From Schmidtea polychroa (lineage: Eukaryota): a stretch of DNA of 64,000 nt. Below, piece after piece: positions 13,679-27,047 of this stretch. Numbering within the stretch: the first letter of the stretch is position 1; every line of letters begins with the position of its first letter. The translations under genes were made by a program, and so were the position numbers. The stretch lies in NCBI GenBank assembly GCA_044892525.1, contig CM097888.1, positions 3,906,001 to 3,970,000 on the forward strand. Reading direction: 5' to 3'. The notes under the pieces were generated by a model. The model was not told the origin of the DNA. It ran no database searches and saw only the letters and a list, made by a program, of their open reading frames with translations.

Positions 13679-14399
13679 CGTCATACCCGAACCCCCTCCC
13701 CAATTCTCCCTGATGGTACTGTTCATTTTCCGTGACCATCTAATAATAAGTTGAATGATTGTTTGGCTAGTGGAATTATACTTCTTCCTTTTTACAAATA
13801 CTCCATCAAAGAAAAACGTTTTCTAAATAAAAACATCTAAATGATATATAATCCGTAGAAAACAATAACTTTATAAATTCTACATAATCGATTATGTAAT
13901 TTGTAACATGTTTGAATAGAGATAGCAATCAGAGATAGATTGCAGGGACTATTTTCGAATTTTTCTTAAGGGTTAAATTTTTGTTTTGCTTTTCACAATT
14001 TATATTTTACGAAAAATGAACAACTTGTTACAAATCCACCTGATAAAATGAATAAATATACCAAGGCTGTTTTTTATTTCTTTACTTTTCCAAGTATTCT
14101 CATTACACAATTGGAATAACCATTTGCATACTATTTCGAAAACAAAACGCAACACAGAAAATTAATTAATATGCATAAAAATAAACCAATGGAAACAAAA
14201 ATAAATGTTAAAATATATTTTTAAATTAAGTGTTTCTTAAGTTTCGTTTTTTTACTTGATCTGATATTATTTTTTAAAAATTAAATAACAGTGTTTACCG
14301 TATATATAATAGTATAAGTTGAAGTGACATTTTTGAGTCACTTCTTGTCATAAATTGGAAACCCGCTTATAAGTCAAAGTAAGAAACTCATCTCTAACG

Positions 14400-14990
14400 T
14401 GGTCCTCTCTGTAATCATTATCCTTAGATTGAGCCTCTACATCTGTCAGATCACCTGCATTATCTACAAAGAAAGCATCATCTTCTCATCCTTCCATAGG
14501 ATTATTGATGCCTCATTTCAGAAATAAATATTTGATCATAGATTCCGGAATTGATTTCCAAGGGTTTCTGTAAATTACATCCTTTTGTTAAAGTAGCTGA
14601 TCCTGAACTCATACATTAAGTTCAGATTTTGCAAAGTCAATCTTAAAAGGGTTTGTTGAGACAGGCATTCAGTGACTGGAGCATTGATGTGAGTCCTCTT
14701 GGACTTACAGCAAGGCCAGTTTTGAGATCAATTGCTGTTTTTTTACAACCATCAGTAAGGTGAGTTCTAAGCATGTAATATACCAACAATGATCTCTTGC
14801 TGTTGATTGATCCGGGTCTTTTGTTCCAGACATTGTGCATCCAGTATTCGTTGTCCATCCATCCGTGGTTTAAGGTGTGCCTGAACTCGTAATTTAAATA
14901 CAGATTCATAAGAATTTCGAATTCGTTTCATTTTTGCACTGCTTCTAATTTTGTTCAGTTTTTGATAAAAACAATCTGATTTGAAATAAA
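14400..14990 (-). mobile_element. pogo/Tigger-type DDE_1 transposase remnant
   Basis: HGWMDNEYW..VWNKRPG...RSLLVYYMLRTHLTD...KTGLAVSPRGLTSMLQSLNACLNKPF and a downstream WKSIPESMIK...EDDAFF segment. Confidence 0.8.
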
Positions 14991-16249
14991 ATGTACTCAA
15001 TTTTAATATTTGTTCATTAATATTGCTTGAAAATATTTTTTAATTAATTACAATTTTATTAAGAATTTGAAATTGTTTATCTAATGAAAAAAGTTACTGT
15101 ACAATTAAAAAATTAACACTACAAATTATAACAAATTTAATATTTTCGTGAAAAATTAATTTGTTTTTTTTGGCGACTTATATGCGCTATATACGGTATT
15201 TCATGTTTTTGCTCTTAATGTCTATTTCCAACTTCTAAAGCCAAATTTACCTGTTCATTTCAACTATGTTGGTAATATCAATAAATAAATATATAATTAA
15301 AATTTCAATAAATAGCAAATATTAATTCCAATAAAAATCAAATATTAATATCAATTCAGTATATAAAATATTAATTTTCCAATATTGTTTAATAAAGTTT
15401 GATAACTAAAATAAAAACGGAGTGTGAATAATTATTTTTAATTATTATATTAGTATATAATATCACACTCAGACTATTGCTTTATAATCAACACAACAGT
15501 TCGTTTTTAAAACCTTACTTTATAACTTATCGTTATAATGTTACAGCCATGAGATTATGACGACATGACAATAACGGATAAGTGCACTTTTGCAATAATC
15601 AATATTCATAGGTCATCATTACAAAAAATGGAATTATTGACGATAATTGATCTGCATCGACCTGACAAGCGATTTATTTAATGAAAGTGGCATATTTAAG
15701 GATTTCCATTTCAATATTACTAATAATATTTGTACTTAAAATGGAGAAATTACCTCACAAAAATAATTTAATTAATACAGTAACGTATCGGTTTTGACTT
15801 CCATTTCTTGGTCTTTTTAGGTATTTCTTGTTTGATAGTTGTGTTTCTATAGCAAATTTTGTTGTTTAAAATCTGTTAATTTCCAAAATTCAGTACAATT
15901 TTTGAAATACAAGGTTTCCATAATATTTGCATAAAATTGTCGCATTTAATTACAAATCTTAGTAATTTGTAGCCGAAATGGATGATGACTTGTCGGGAAA
16001 TAATTAAATGATTGATTAAATTTACAATAAGCAAAAGTGACAATATTTAGCGCGATTTGGTGGTAGTATTGAGGAAAGAGGGAAGCTCATGCAAATAACA
16101 CGAATAAAGAAAACATTTGAGTTAATGAAGATCTATATCCTTTCGGAGAGTCCTCAGTATACTTTTTAGCCAGTGACACCCGCAAAATCTCAGATTTAAA
16201 AAAAACAATTCTCATCATAGACAAACATCCAACAATAACTAAGAAAAAA

Positions 16250-16560
16250 TACACAAAGTTAAATCTCTAATCTGAATACCCGTTATTGACTCTGAGGATT
16301 CTTTTAAAATAATCTTTAAATCTTAAATTCTTATGAGAAACCAGAATATGCTAAAATTTGGGTTTTCATTCATTTACTAAGGACGTCGGGCTCACAGCCA
16401 TCAGTCCATGTTGATTTGTTACTATTACTTCCACAAAGAATTTCTAAAGTTTTACGTGTTCTTTATGATTTTTAATGAAACGTCGGTAGTTTTTCAGGCT
16501 TCTGAAAATTCCAGACGAGGCTCCTTTAAAAATATTGTTTCGGGACAGCTGGGGTGTTTG
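16250..16560 (-). pseudogene. Possible Polinton integrase remnant
   Basis: Weak FRNSLWK and NQHGLMAVSPTSLV pieces resembling rve C-terminal motifs; called mainly from context. Confidence 0.2.
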
Positions 16561-17113
16561 TATGTTATGTCTAAGACAACACTAATAAAAATAAATATTA
16601 CACTAACATAACATGAAAAAGAAACTAATTTAACTTATGCAACGTTTATTAAAAAAAAAACTATAAATATACACCTTGATATTTAAGAATTCGCAGATTT
16701 CAGGTTAGTTTCGGGTAACAATTACTTCTTTAGTATAATTCTTGATCAAGGTAATTCAAAGGGGAATCCGTGCGCGCAAATTTTGTCTTAATTTGTTTTA
16801 ATAAAGTAAAAATAATATTATTATTATATATATACTCCGAGTTTATCCGATAAAATATTTTGTCTCCCTGTGGTTAATGGTCGCAAAGGTACTACTCAAA
16901 CTCAACAACTCGCAATGGTATTATTATTATTATATAATTTCAACTTTCTATCACAAATCATGGTTAACTAAAAACATAGTCGATTATTATAAAATTTATA
17001 ACACAAAAGTTATACCATAAAATAACTAAATATTTACAAATTTTTATTCAACGTCGTATTTACACAAATATATACATAATCACAATGTTAAATAATTGGC
17101 CCAAATTATAACT

Positions 17114-17420
17114 TTAAATTATCGAGTTGAATATTTGATTGAATTGTTGATCTCGAATGACAGGATCCGTTTCAGGCATAACGATATTACCGCAACCATC
17201 TAAGTTTTTCCCTACCCAAGCTCTCTTATCGTCGTGATTATTTAAAGCTATTTTTGAGTTTTTAAAAGTAAACAGCTGATGATTCCGGGTTCCTATTCTA
17301 GTTTGAGGAACCGACATGACTTACCCACTGAATAGCAATAGATGATTTGGCCACCTACAACCACTATGGTCAAGGATTGCGGAGAGCCGAAATAAATTCG
17401 GACAATTAACAATGCCGTTT
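17114..17420 (-). pseudogene. Polinton/Maverick protein-primed DNA polymerase B C-terminal remnant
   Basis: EFISALR upstream and RNHQLFTFKNSKIALNNHDDKR, matching the HxLxTxxxxKxALxxxDDKR end of Polinton PolB. Confidence 0.65.
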
Positions 17421-17871
17421 TCATAATGGGTCTTAGTAGCATAATTTTGCTGAATAAAAGGAAAATTTTTTTTTAAAAAAGGAAACTAATGTGAAATAAC
17501 AAGTTAAACTTTTAAATAAGTTAAACAAATTCATTCGAATATGTGATTTTAATTTAATTTATGAAATTCTAATTTTTCTATTTTAATTTTGTCCACCCTT
17601 AAGCTGTTAAGCCCAATTTACCAATCTTTAATGTATGAACTTAATTTAATTTAGTAATCCGGATCTAATTTATTAAATTGGATATATGAACCAAATATGG
17701 AAATTAATTCGTAAATTAATTTACTTTACCTACAAAATCATTGTCTGTTGAATTGGTTGTGTTTTATGCTTGAATATAAATTGTAATGGGGTGTTTGGAC
17801 ATTTTGGAGTGATCGAACGTAAATAGAGGTACGAAGATTCGTTCTAATATTTTTGTTTTATCATTACAGTC

Positions 17872-18414
17872 ATGTCCAATGCTGAATTAAGAAACGTACG
17901 GGAAGACCACTCGTCGACCGACTTGAGCCTAGGAATTACCGGCGATGGGGCAGACGAAGCCCTCCGATTGAGGGAGAACGCAGAAATCGCCCGGCTACGG
18001 TCCAGATGGATCTGGTACAAGATTCATGATTGGACCTACCAGAATGTGGTCCCGGTGATTCCAAAGGTGGAGCCATATCTCAACCATTCTGCATTGGCAT
18101 TGATCGACGCATTCGACGATGCGATGGAGGCGGTGGACCGGTTGCATCGGCTCGAAATATCAGTCCTGGCCGGCGAGCTGAAAGACATCGACGGCTACGC
18201 CCGAGCCCAATGTCATCCAAAACGAACTGCGGCTCTCCAACGTGGGTTGGAATACCCAAGAAGACCTCAACGGGAACTGGAACGACTGGGAAAACGCGGA
18301 CGCCCGCGAAAAACCGCCAGCTCGACCAAGGAGAGTACGGGACCGAAGGCTAGCGGGCGCGGTACAACTAACGTCCGTGTTGTGTCAAAACGAAGAACTC
18401 GTGATAAAAACTAA
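17872..18414 (+). CDS. Orphan 180-aa protein, helical N-half and basic tail with AT-hook (KRGRPRK)
   Basis: Intact ATG-to-stop ORF, clearly GC-richer than its flanks, preceded by a 41-nt GT-AG 5'UTR intron (17829-17869). Confidence 0.65.
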   Translation: MSNAELRNVREDHSSTDLSLGITGDGADEALRLRENAEIARLRSRWIWYKIHDWTYQNVVPVIPKVEPYLNHSALALIDAFDDAMEAVDRLHRLEISVLAGELKDIDGYARAQCHPKRTAALQRGLEYPRRPQRELERLGKRGRPRKTASSTKESTGPKASGRGTTNVRVVSKRRTRDKN

Positions 18415-18826
18415 TTATTATGTGATGACCCGTTATTGGGTGTATTGTGTGATATTATGTACTGGGTTAAGCATTTTTGATCCAGGGTTCGAATATTATT
18501 CGTTAGGTCTTAATAGTTCATAATTATTTAATGTTTGTTTGTGTCTTGGTGGTCGATGATAACTTAATTTTGTGGATTGTTTGATTCTTAGTAATGTTCA
18601 TGACGTGGAGTATCATTATTGTTGACTACAATTTTCTATAGCGTTGACAGCCCTATAAGGTTGGGTAAGATACATAGGACTCGGTTTTGGGGTGCGCGTA
18701 GCGGAGGACTGCGACGAGAGGATTACCTTCAATTAGCGTTGATGCTCATAATAATGCTCGACCCTCGATGCTGAGGTGAAAATCATTGATGTTATCTCGT
18801 TTTAGTGCTAAAACTCCTGGAAGAGA

Positions 18827-19289
18827 TGCGAGCGGATAGGGAACGGGCGCAACAACAGGCAGAGGAATACCGGGCCAAGCTAGCACGAGTCAAGGCCACT
18901 GCCGGAATTTCGAATGCACCTGGTTCCCGCCAGCAGAAATGAAAAAGCGGATGGAGTTGATCACTCAACTACAACTCCAGAGTGCACAAGATCAGGTTGA
19001 GTTGCGGGCCCTCCGCCTGAGAGTGAGGGAGCTGGAGGTCAAGGTATACCAACAGGAGCTTGATCGAGAGGTCATTGCCAAGATCCGACCCATGAATGAG
19101 TTGCTCCACCAATCGAAGGAGTGCACCCCAACAACAGCAGTCCCGAGGAAGAAGATTCGGCCGGGTAAAGCGGCAAGAGCGAGAATAAGGCAAGCCAGCC
19201 AGGCCCAATTAACTCTCCAGTCTACTGGATCAGAGGCTACCCCAAGAGAATCGACCAAGAACTATAAGTTGTCCATGTTGTCCGAATAA
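18827..19289 (+). CDS. Orphan coiled-coil/basic protein (38-aa ORF overlapping by ATGA with a 116-aa ORF; possibly one frameshifted gene)
   Basis: MRADRERAQQQAEEYRAKLAR... then MKKRMELITQLQLQSAQDQVELRALRLRVRELEVK...RKKIRPGKAARARIR; acceptor ttttag at about 18804. Confidence 0.5.
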
Positions 19290-19549
19290 ATCTTTACTGG
19301 TGTATCCATGTCTGTATCTTTTGATTTTTTTTTGTTGATGATTATTGCCACGGGGACGAAAAGAAACCGGACATAGACCTTCTATCGGTAGTCCGTGAAC
19401 CCCAGTGGGTACTAGACATTTATAGTATGTTAAGCATGCTCACTTTTTGCTAGTGCCCAAACCCTTGATACAGTACCAACGTTGATTGCTCAACGGGTAT
19501 CAAGTGGTCAGCTATAAATTGTATTCTGGGTTACGCTGGAAACAGCATG

Positions 19550-19890
19550 AGGAGGTAAAGATTTTTCAGTACCTGTAACCCACCACAATGTTGACCACAT
19601 GTTTGGGTCAAAGGATTTTGAAACATAGTTTTATTATACATGATAGGTTTCCCATTGTTTTTAGTTTTGATATCAACAAAGCCGGGTAATAAAAACCCAT
19701 TGAATCGAACACGAATATATTACCAGGTTTCACATATATAGCTATCCAATGTTCTCCACCAAGATGAGACGATTGAGTATTGACGATTATTCCTTGATTA
19801 TTGCTTAAATATGGAATTTTATCAAGAGGAAAAACACCTACAAATTCATTTCCTAATATTTGTTTTCCAATTCGATTAACCTGAACAAAA
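19550..19890 (-). pseudogene. Polinton adenain-like cysteine protease
   Basis: EFVGVFPLDKIP...GIIVNTQSSHLGGEHWIAIY...FVFDSMG...(frameshift) FQNPLTQTCGQHC: His, Asp, Gln and Cys motifs in adenain order. Confidence 0.85.
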
Positions 19891-19959
19891 CTACTTTAAT
19901 AAATTAAACAGTATAAAAACAACTTACTCCATGACAACTTTCTATATTTCTGTATACAT

Positions 19960-20480
19960 TTATACTAGCACGGTTCTATTTGAAGTAATTTGAACTTCAT
20001 TTTCAAATACTCCATATATTATAACATGTACCGGTTCAGTAATGGCTTTTGCAAACTTTATATCCAGTCGTAAATTCCCATTTTGTGGTAATTGACTCTG
20101 ATTTAAATCAAAATCGGGGGCTAAAACTTCTAAATTCTTCTAGAGTTATTCCACAATTCAAATTTTTATCTAAATAGCCCAGATTTCGCACAGTAATTAT
20201 CACTTTCGAAATCTTGAGTATATGTTTCTCTATAATCAGTATTTTTCGACAAAGTCAATGATGTAGCACCAAAGATTTTGAAAATTGACTTGGAACCAGT
20301 ATATGATCCATTATGTTGTTTCACTTTGAAATGTTATCAGAATAAAATTAGGTATTCTTCTGTGACCAAATATTTGTTCTTTAATCTGAGTGGTTGATAG
20401 GCATGAGTCAAAGGTATAAAAACCCTGTAACATTTCATTTTAATCATTATTCACGATGACCAAGAAAATTTCATGCACAG
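19960..20480 (-). pseudogene. Polinton major capsid protein (PY) C-terminal remnant
   Basis: RIPNFILITF...GSYTG..., ending GNLRLDIKFAKAITEPVHVIIYGVFENEVQITSNRTVLV*, typical of the Polinton MCP C-terminus. Confidence 0.75.
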
Positions 20481-23089
20481 AAAAACCTAAAGAAATGGTA
20501 CAACCGGTTCAAATGTTCCACAACTACAAAATGTATTTTTTGAAAGAAGAAATCAATATGAAACTAAATTTCAATTCTTATCCGGCACGCTTTCAATGAT
20601 AGATGTTAAAACTATTGATAATGTTTTTAAACGGATAGATTCAAATCTAGCTTGTAATCAACATGCATGGTTCAACAACAGATATGCAAGATTTTATGAT
20701 GCGTTTGATGAAATCAGTTTCAAAGAAAATGAAAATTGGTATATAACAATTGCAATCCAAGGATATAAAGTTGATAATAATGATGTATATTCTCCTATTT
20801 AGAAAATTATGTCTGCTAGACTTACACAAATATTTTAATGTTATATTTAATAAATGTATTAGTCATATTTGTTTTTTCTCTTTATTAAAAAAGAAATTGC
20901 AACATTAATGCAAATGACATGCAAATTTAACAAAGAAAATCTATAAACAAACTTACAATATGAAGATTAATAGGATGCAGGTTGATATGCAAACCAAAGC
21001 ACTGTCTTACAAGAGTTTTCCCGACTGTATCGTTCGTTATAATAGATATGTGGAATGGGCTGTAGTAAAAGCTCTTAGAATATACCAGTATCCTAAGATT
21101 GGTGGTTTTGTATAATAAATTTTATGTATTAAGTTTTCCTTTATTTTTTTTATTGAACATTTATATTATTATATTATTTAGAGTTCTTTTAAAAATTTAT
21201 AATTTTTTCATCAAAACCTTTCTATTTGAAATTCCAAAATTCACTTATTGGCAAAAATGGGTGTTTTTATTAAATACTGAGATTGAGAACCAATCGCAAG
21301 TCTTGAATGTAATATTTCTAATTAAAATTGTGATTGATAACTTTAATTATATGAACTTATGGATTTTCAAAATATTAAATTTATCAAAGAAACTCGTAGA
21401 GAATAAGAATATCTTAATTTACATGTACGATTTCTATTATTTTGATTTCTATTGCATTACACATCACTACTGTGAATGTTACGACAATACAAAAATATCG
21501 CTTCACTTCGATATTTATCAATACAGTATTGTAATTTAACAGTTATCATATTGGAGGTTTAAATGAATTTGAACATTTTCATTATATAAATTTCTACATA
21601 TTTAAACAAATTTTTACTAAAATGAATTTAAAAAATTGAATAAATAAATTAAATATTTCTGTTTCCTAATTTAAATTTTCATAATTTAAAAAACCAAAAA
21701 ATAAAAAGTTGTTAAAACGTTAAATTATTGACAAAATATTTTCTAAATTTTCTCAATAGAACAAAATCCCAACATTTAATTTATTTAATTAATTTAAACT
21801 GTGATCCTCGCAAGATATAATAAAAATTAGGTCTCTTTGCTAAAAAGTTGGCTATAAATAAGTTAAGGCTTTAGTGGTAACTTTCTTTTTACCATCGAGG
21901 CGACTGATTACCTATCAATTTATTTTTATCACTTTTCTTGCAGACAAACTCTACCTCATTCCAAATTAAAAGATTTGGTACTGGGACGCTCAAGTCTCAT
22001 ATTATTTAATTGAATTAAATTCTAAATTCTTTTTATATGATCAAACTATTAGAGGTTCAGTGATCCTTTGATTGCAGAGGTTTTATAATTACTATCTTTG
22101 GATGGTTTGAGTTACCAAAATGACGGTATTTTGTTAATACTTAGATTGTAAGTTGTTGTTGTTGTTGTTGATCTTTAGGATGTCTAATTTTCTGTAAGAG
22201 TGACATGATTTAGCACTGCATAGCTTTCATCTCAGTCATTTCCAGGACTCCGCTTTTCCATCTCGTTACAGATTTTTGGTGATCATTTGTTGATATTTTA
22301 ATACTAAAGTAGTCAGAGATGTTCTTCCCGATATCCACACTAGGAAGACACTAGTGACCCGAAACCATTTCCTACCAGCAAGATAGAAAGACATAATTGT
22401 ATTTATTGAATTTTTACATTTTCGATGGGTTTTAAGAGGATTGACTGAATTAAACAAATAGAGAGATGACCTGAAATGGGATGAATCTTTAGTGAAATTT
22501 TCGGTTGTATATTTAAAGGGGTAGAAATATTTGGTGAGGGACCGGGTAATGTTTTGAATATTTGTATTTAAATGGACAATTTTCTGAAATTTTGCTAAAT
22601 TACCTTTTGCTAAATATTATTTTAAATGACTAAAAATGACAAAGTTAACCAATAAATAAGTCGCTCAAAATAAGAATTCGGTAAGTTACATTTAAAATAT
22701 TCCAATTATTCGTGAATTTCTGATAAATATTATCGTCCATTTCTCACAAAATTACCTAAGAATTTCTAACTGATATACATGTGCCTTAATTTACTTGTTG
22801 ACTTTGTTGAATGTGACCAGTACCCTTGCTAGCAATACCCATAGGGGGCAATATATTGTCGGATAAACTCAGAGAACTTACAATATGCTATCCAAATTGT
22901 CTTTATTGATACATCAAAATACTGTTATTTATAAATCAACTAAAAAATACTCAAAAAAAATACTATATTACCTAAGAATTCATTTACTGAATGATATCTT
23001 AAATGATCTCGTTTTTAATATATCTATGAATTGATTTCTAAAATAAATCGACAGCTCAAATGTTAGAACCAACAACATGTTGAGTATGG

Positions 23090-24318
23090 ATGCAAGATGA
23101 TACAGAAATCCCCAATGGGGTCCCTGGAGTATGACGTAATATGTCTTTGTTACTTCGTCGATGACGTCACATGTCTTTGTCCCCGGGTCCACATGTTACC
23201 CTACTGATAAAAGCTTGAAATGCTCCTTGCGGTTGTCGCTTTTGTTCCGATTGTATTCAGGATTATTTGGATGGAAATGATGGGGAAAAAATGATGCTAC
23301 CCATTCAATGCGATTGGGTGTGCAATGAATGAAGTGGAGAATGAGGAAATGAAGGATTAGATCACTCATTTATTCAATGAAATGGAATCAATGAAAAATG
23401 TAAATATTGATTTGAGACAGAAAATTGTCGATTTGAGAGGTGAAAACAGACAATTGAAAGAACAAATTGATAATATTGAGTTGGAATCAAGAATTCAACA
23501 ATTAATATGAATGTAAAATTTGATTAAGTTAATTTTATTGATATTTTTGATTTTTGGAGAAAATGTAGGATATATGGAATGGAAATTGGTGGAGAACACG
23601 AGTGAAATTGATGAATTGAATGAGGAAATGGTGGCGTTGAAGGAGGAGAATCGCTCATTGATTAGAGAGATGGAAACAAATATTGGATTAATCAATCAAG
23701 TTTGATTATTTATTTGATTTTTATTGATGTGTAAATGCAAAGCAGCTCAGGCAACATATTGATGAGGTGATTGAAACAAAATGTCAACAGCAAATTGATG
23801 AGATGAAAGAGAAATGCAAGCAGCAGATGCAACAGGAGAATGGAAAGGTGATTTATTGAAATGTTTGAATTTGAGATTCAGTTGCAGCTTGAAATGAAGA
23901 AATATGCCAATGAAATTCGGATGATTGAAACAAAATTTGAAAATGAAAAATTTATAACTTTCGGAATTTTCGAATGGCAAATTACAAGTGGTTACAAAAT
24001 GTACTTGGCTGTGAATATTGGGAATGTTGGTGGAATTTATATATATTTGTATTTATTGCGTGCAGAATCCAATGCCCAATTGGAATGGCCATTCAAATAG
24101 CTGTGACAATTGATGTGATCGATCCAGGAAATGAAAACATTGTACACCATAAATCTACCAAAAATTCTGATAGCCCTGAGGCTTTAGGGTGGAAGAAACC
24201 ATCAAATGATAGAACAGATTCAATTTGCATTTGTTATTATCGTAATTATATCCCTATTAATTCATTAACTGCTAACAATGATAAATTGCTGCTTAAATAC
24301 AAAATTGAAATTTTGTGA
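23090..24318 (+). pseudogene. TRAF-like gene: RING, partial zinc finger, coiled coil, MATH domain
   Basis: NAPCGCRFCSDCIQDYL; Glu/Asn-rich coiled-coil ORFs; GIFEWQI..GYKMYLAVN...LEWPFK / VTIDVID...GWKKPS...DKLLLKYKIEIL*; stops, frameshifts and internal deletions. Confidence 0.75.
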
Positions 24319-24930
24319 TAAATATTTGAATAATAGTTGATTTATTTGACCTATCGATCTGTTTTCGCTATTTGCTCTGCTACTGAATAAATATGTCTCG
24401 GTTTAGATATAATTGGATCCTGTTAATAAATTTTATTTATAAATTGTGCTAGATTGGATTTGATATATAATTTTTTTGGAAGTGAGAATTACAATGGATG
24501 CTGTGCACACTCATGTAGTTGAATTTCAATCAATACAACTGCAGATATTCAATATAGATTTATTGAATTCATCGGGTGCCAGTCAATTACATTGTTTATT
24601 TTCACTTGATAATTCTGATCATTCAATCGTACTATATATTCATTACAGTATCCGTTTATTGAGTGTGTCATTGTGATATGCATTGTCGGTCTGATGCATT
24701 TGCATAATCATAAACTTATTTCAAATTTATTGGTGATGTGGACCAGTTAGCGCATTTAAGATTGATATCAAATTAGATTATTTAATAAACATGAAAATAA
24801 GTTTAATTATAATCAAAAAAATTTTAAAAATTTGTGCTTCAAATGCTGATATTTTTACTCTTATTTAAGATTTATATTCAAAATATTTTTGTCGATTGAG
24901 AAAATTTTTTAATTTGTTATTTCGGCCTAG

Positions 24931-25318
24931 CATAGGGGTTCGTAAGGGGGATGGCACATGTCCCCCACTGAATTTTCCAAACCCTTCTATTTTTCGATTA
25001 ATTTAAGCACATTTTAATAGATGCGCTCAAACAATGGAGAAACCCAAGACAAAAAAAAATTAATAAAAAAATTTAATTTAAAGAGGTTTCCTGTTTTTTA
25101 TGTTATTAGTTATATCTGGAAATCAATGATTTCAAATCATTTTTTTTTGTATAAAAACTTTCAAGACTAACTGACGTTCTGGTTTTAAAAAAAGTGTTCT
25201 ATTTTGTATAATGCCCAAAATATTTATAATACAAATGCATTTTTTTTCAACTCTATTCCCCTTGGTAAAAAATATTTTTGCCCCCCCCCACAAGGAAAAA
25301 TTCCTGCGGACACACATG
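24931..25318. mobile_element. hAT-type MITE, about 390 bp
   Basis: Exact 8-bp TSD CGGCCTAG (24923-24930, 25319-25326); imperfect TIRs CATAGGGGTTCGTAAGG / CCTGCGGACACACATG. Confidence 0.75.
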
Positions 25319-25351
25319 CGGCCTAGTAGGCCAAATTTTTACATTTTATGT

Positions 25352-26043
25352 CAACGGTGGGCAAATGCGGCTCTTCGTTGAGTAAACTGCGGCTCATTGA
25401 TAATTGAATTCTTGATAATCGAATTCGATTTTATAAATCTACATTTGCATTTTTTGTGAACCCATTTATTTGTGATATTATTGAAGATGGATTTCCAATT
25501 TCTGAAGTAATACTTATTAAAAAAGCGGTTGGGGAATTGGAGTTATTAGATATGAAAGAGGACCAGGCTTTGCAAATGCACCATAAATCTACTTCTATAG
25601 TTGAATTTTGGAAACTCGTACCAGAGGCAAAATATCCACACTTAAAACAAGCTGCTTGCCGTCTAATTTCAATTTTTGGTACAACATATTGTTGTGAATC
25701 TTTGTACTCCACAATGAAGTTCGTAAAGTCGAAATATCGTTCACAGTTGACCAATCAGCATCTTACAGAATTGCTGCGAACAGCTTTAACAAAGTATACA
25801 CCAAATTTCAAAGATTTGACCAAAAGTCTTCGTTAATTCAAGAAATTTTATTACTTTTTATTTATGGATTTTTATGTTTGTTACTTAATGTTTGAAATAA
25901 TTATTTTGTTTTTTTTAATAGCGTTTAAGTCTCTTTAATCAAATTAATGAAATAAAAAAAAATATGTACTTTACTATGGTGGCTCTGTAAAAAATAAATT
26001 TTCGGAAAATGGCTCTTTTTGAACCCATGCGTGCCCACCCTTG
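25352..26043 (+). mobile_element. Internally deleted hAT (SPIN/Charlie-like) element retaining the transposase dimerisation domain (25456-25836)
   Basis: TIRs CAACGGTGGGCAAA / CGTGCCCACCCTTG; exact 8-bp TSD TTTTATGT; FWK..PEAKYPHLK..ACRLISIFGTTYCCESLYSTMKFVKSKYRSQLT. Confidence 0.92.
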
Positions 26044-26058
26044 TTTTATGTTTTCCAA

Positions 26059-27047
26059 TGTTGGGTTTTATGATACCAAAAATAAACCGTTGGTTACTCT
26101 GACTCCAAGTGTTCCAAAAATTAATAAACAAATTAATAATATATTAATAAACACAAACTCCCAACGTATATTTATTTTATAGAAATTTACAATGCTCAAT
26201 AAATAATCACAACTTTTAGTTAACCACGATTTTCTCACAATTTCCGATCGAACTCCGCTCTGGAAGGTCTCGACCCTGTACGATTTAAAAATGAGTTTCA
26301 CCTTTTTATTTGATTCCGCTCTCTGATCCGAACGCTTTTAATACTCATTTTCTAACTCTTCAGTTCCTCTTATAACTCTTTTTCTTCTTGACTTTATTCC
26401 TTGAACTACTATTGTCCGTTTCTTCTTCCCTACCTAAGTCTACTGCCGATTATGTGAATTTGGAGTTTCCTTATATACTTCCATAATCGTTGTAATTGAC
26501 CCTATTTTGACCAAATTGGTTTTGACTTCCTTAGTTATCATTCTCTAATTAGCTATTTTTATTTACCCTCGTTTATTCCGCTGTTTGGATAATTGTCCTC
26601 TGAATTCCTCGTTTGTTTATCCTTACAAACTGCCGCCCTCGGATTTCCTTCATCGCTCGGGTTCTCCATTGGCTCGGGCTTCTCATTACCTCGGGTTTCC
26701 CATTAGCCAATTAATTAATTAATATTTTGCGTTTTTTCATATTTGCCTGTTTTACGACTCATTATAAACTTTTTCTAACAATTTCTTGCTCACTGTCTTC
26801 TTCACCATCCTCTAATCTACCCTATCGTTTTCCAGCTTTAATTTCGATAACTTTTCACTTTATTCCACTTCCCATGTTTGCGCAATTTTCCATTTCGTGT
26901 CTGATTCTACTCTTTTATAGTTCTGTTTTTATCATATCTTTCTTTTCCATTACTTCTCTGCTTGATTGCCATTCAATTTCGGTTTTCATTTTAATCGGAA
27001 CTATTCGATTTGATATAATTTAATAATTTACTTTTAAAACCTCAACA
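26059..27047. mobile_element. Probable solo LTR, about 990 bp
   Basis: Inverted termini TGTTGGGTTTTA...TAAAACCTCAACA; flanks CCAA / CCAC (3 of 4 match); termini resemble those of the gypsy LTR at 55636-56731. Confidence 0.55.
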
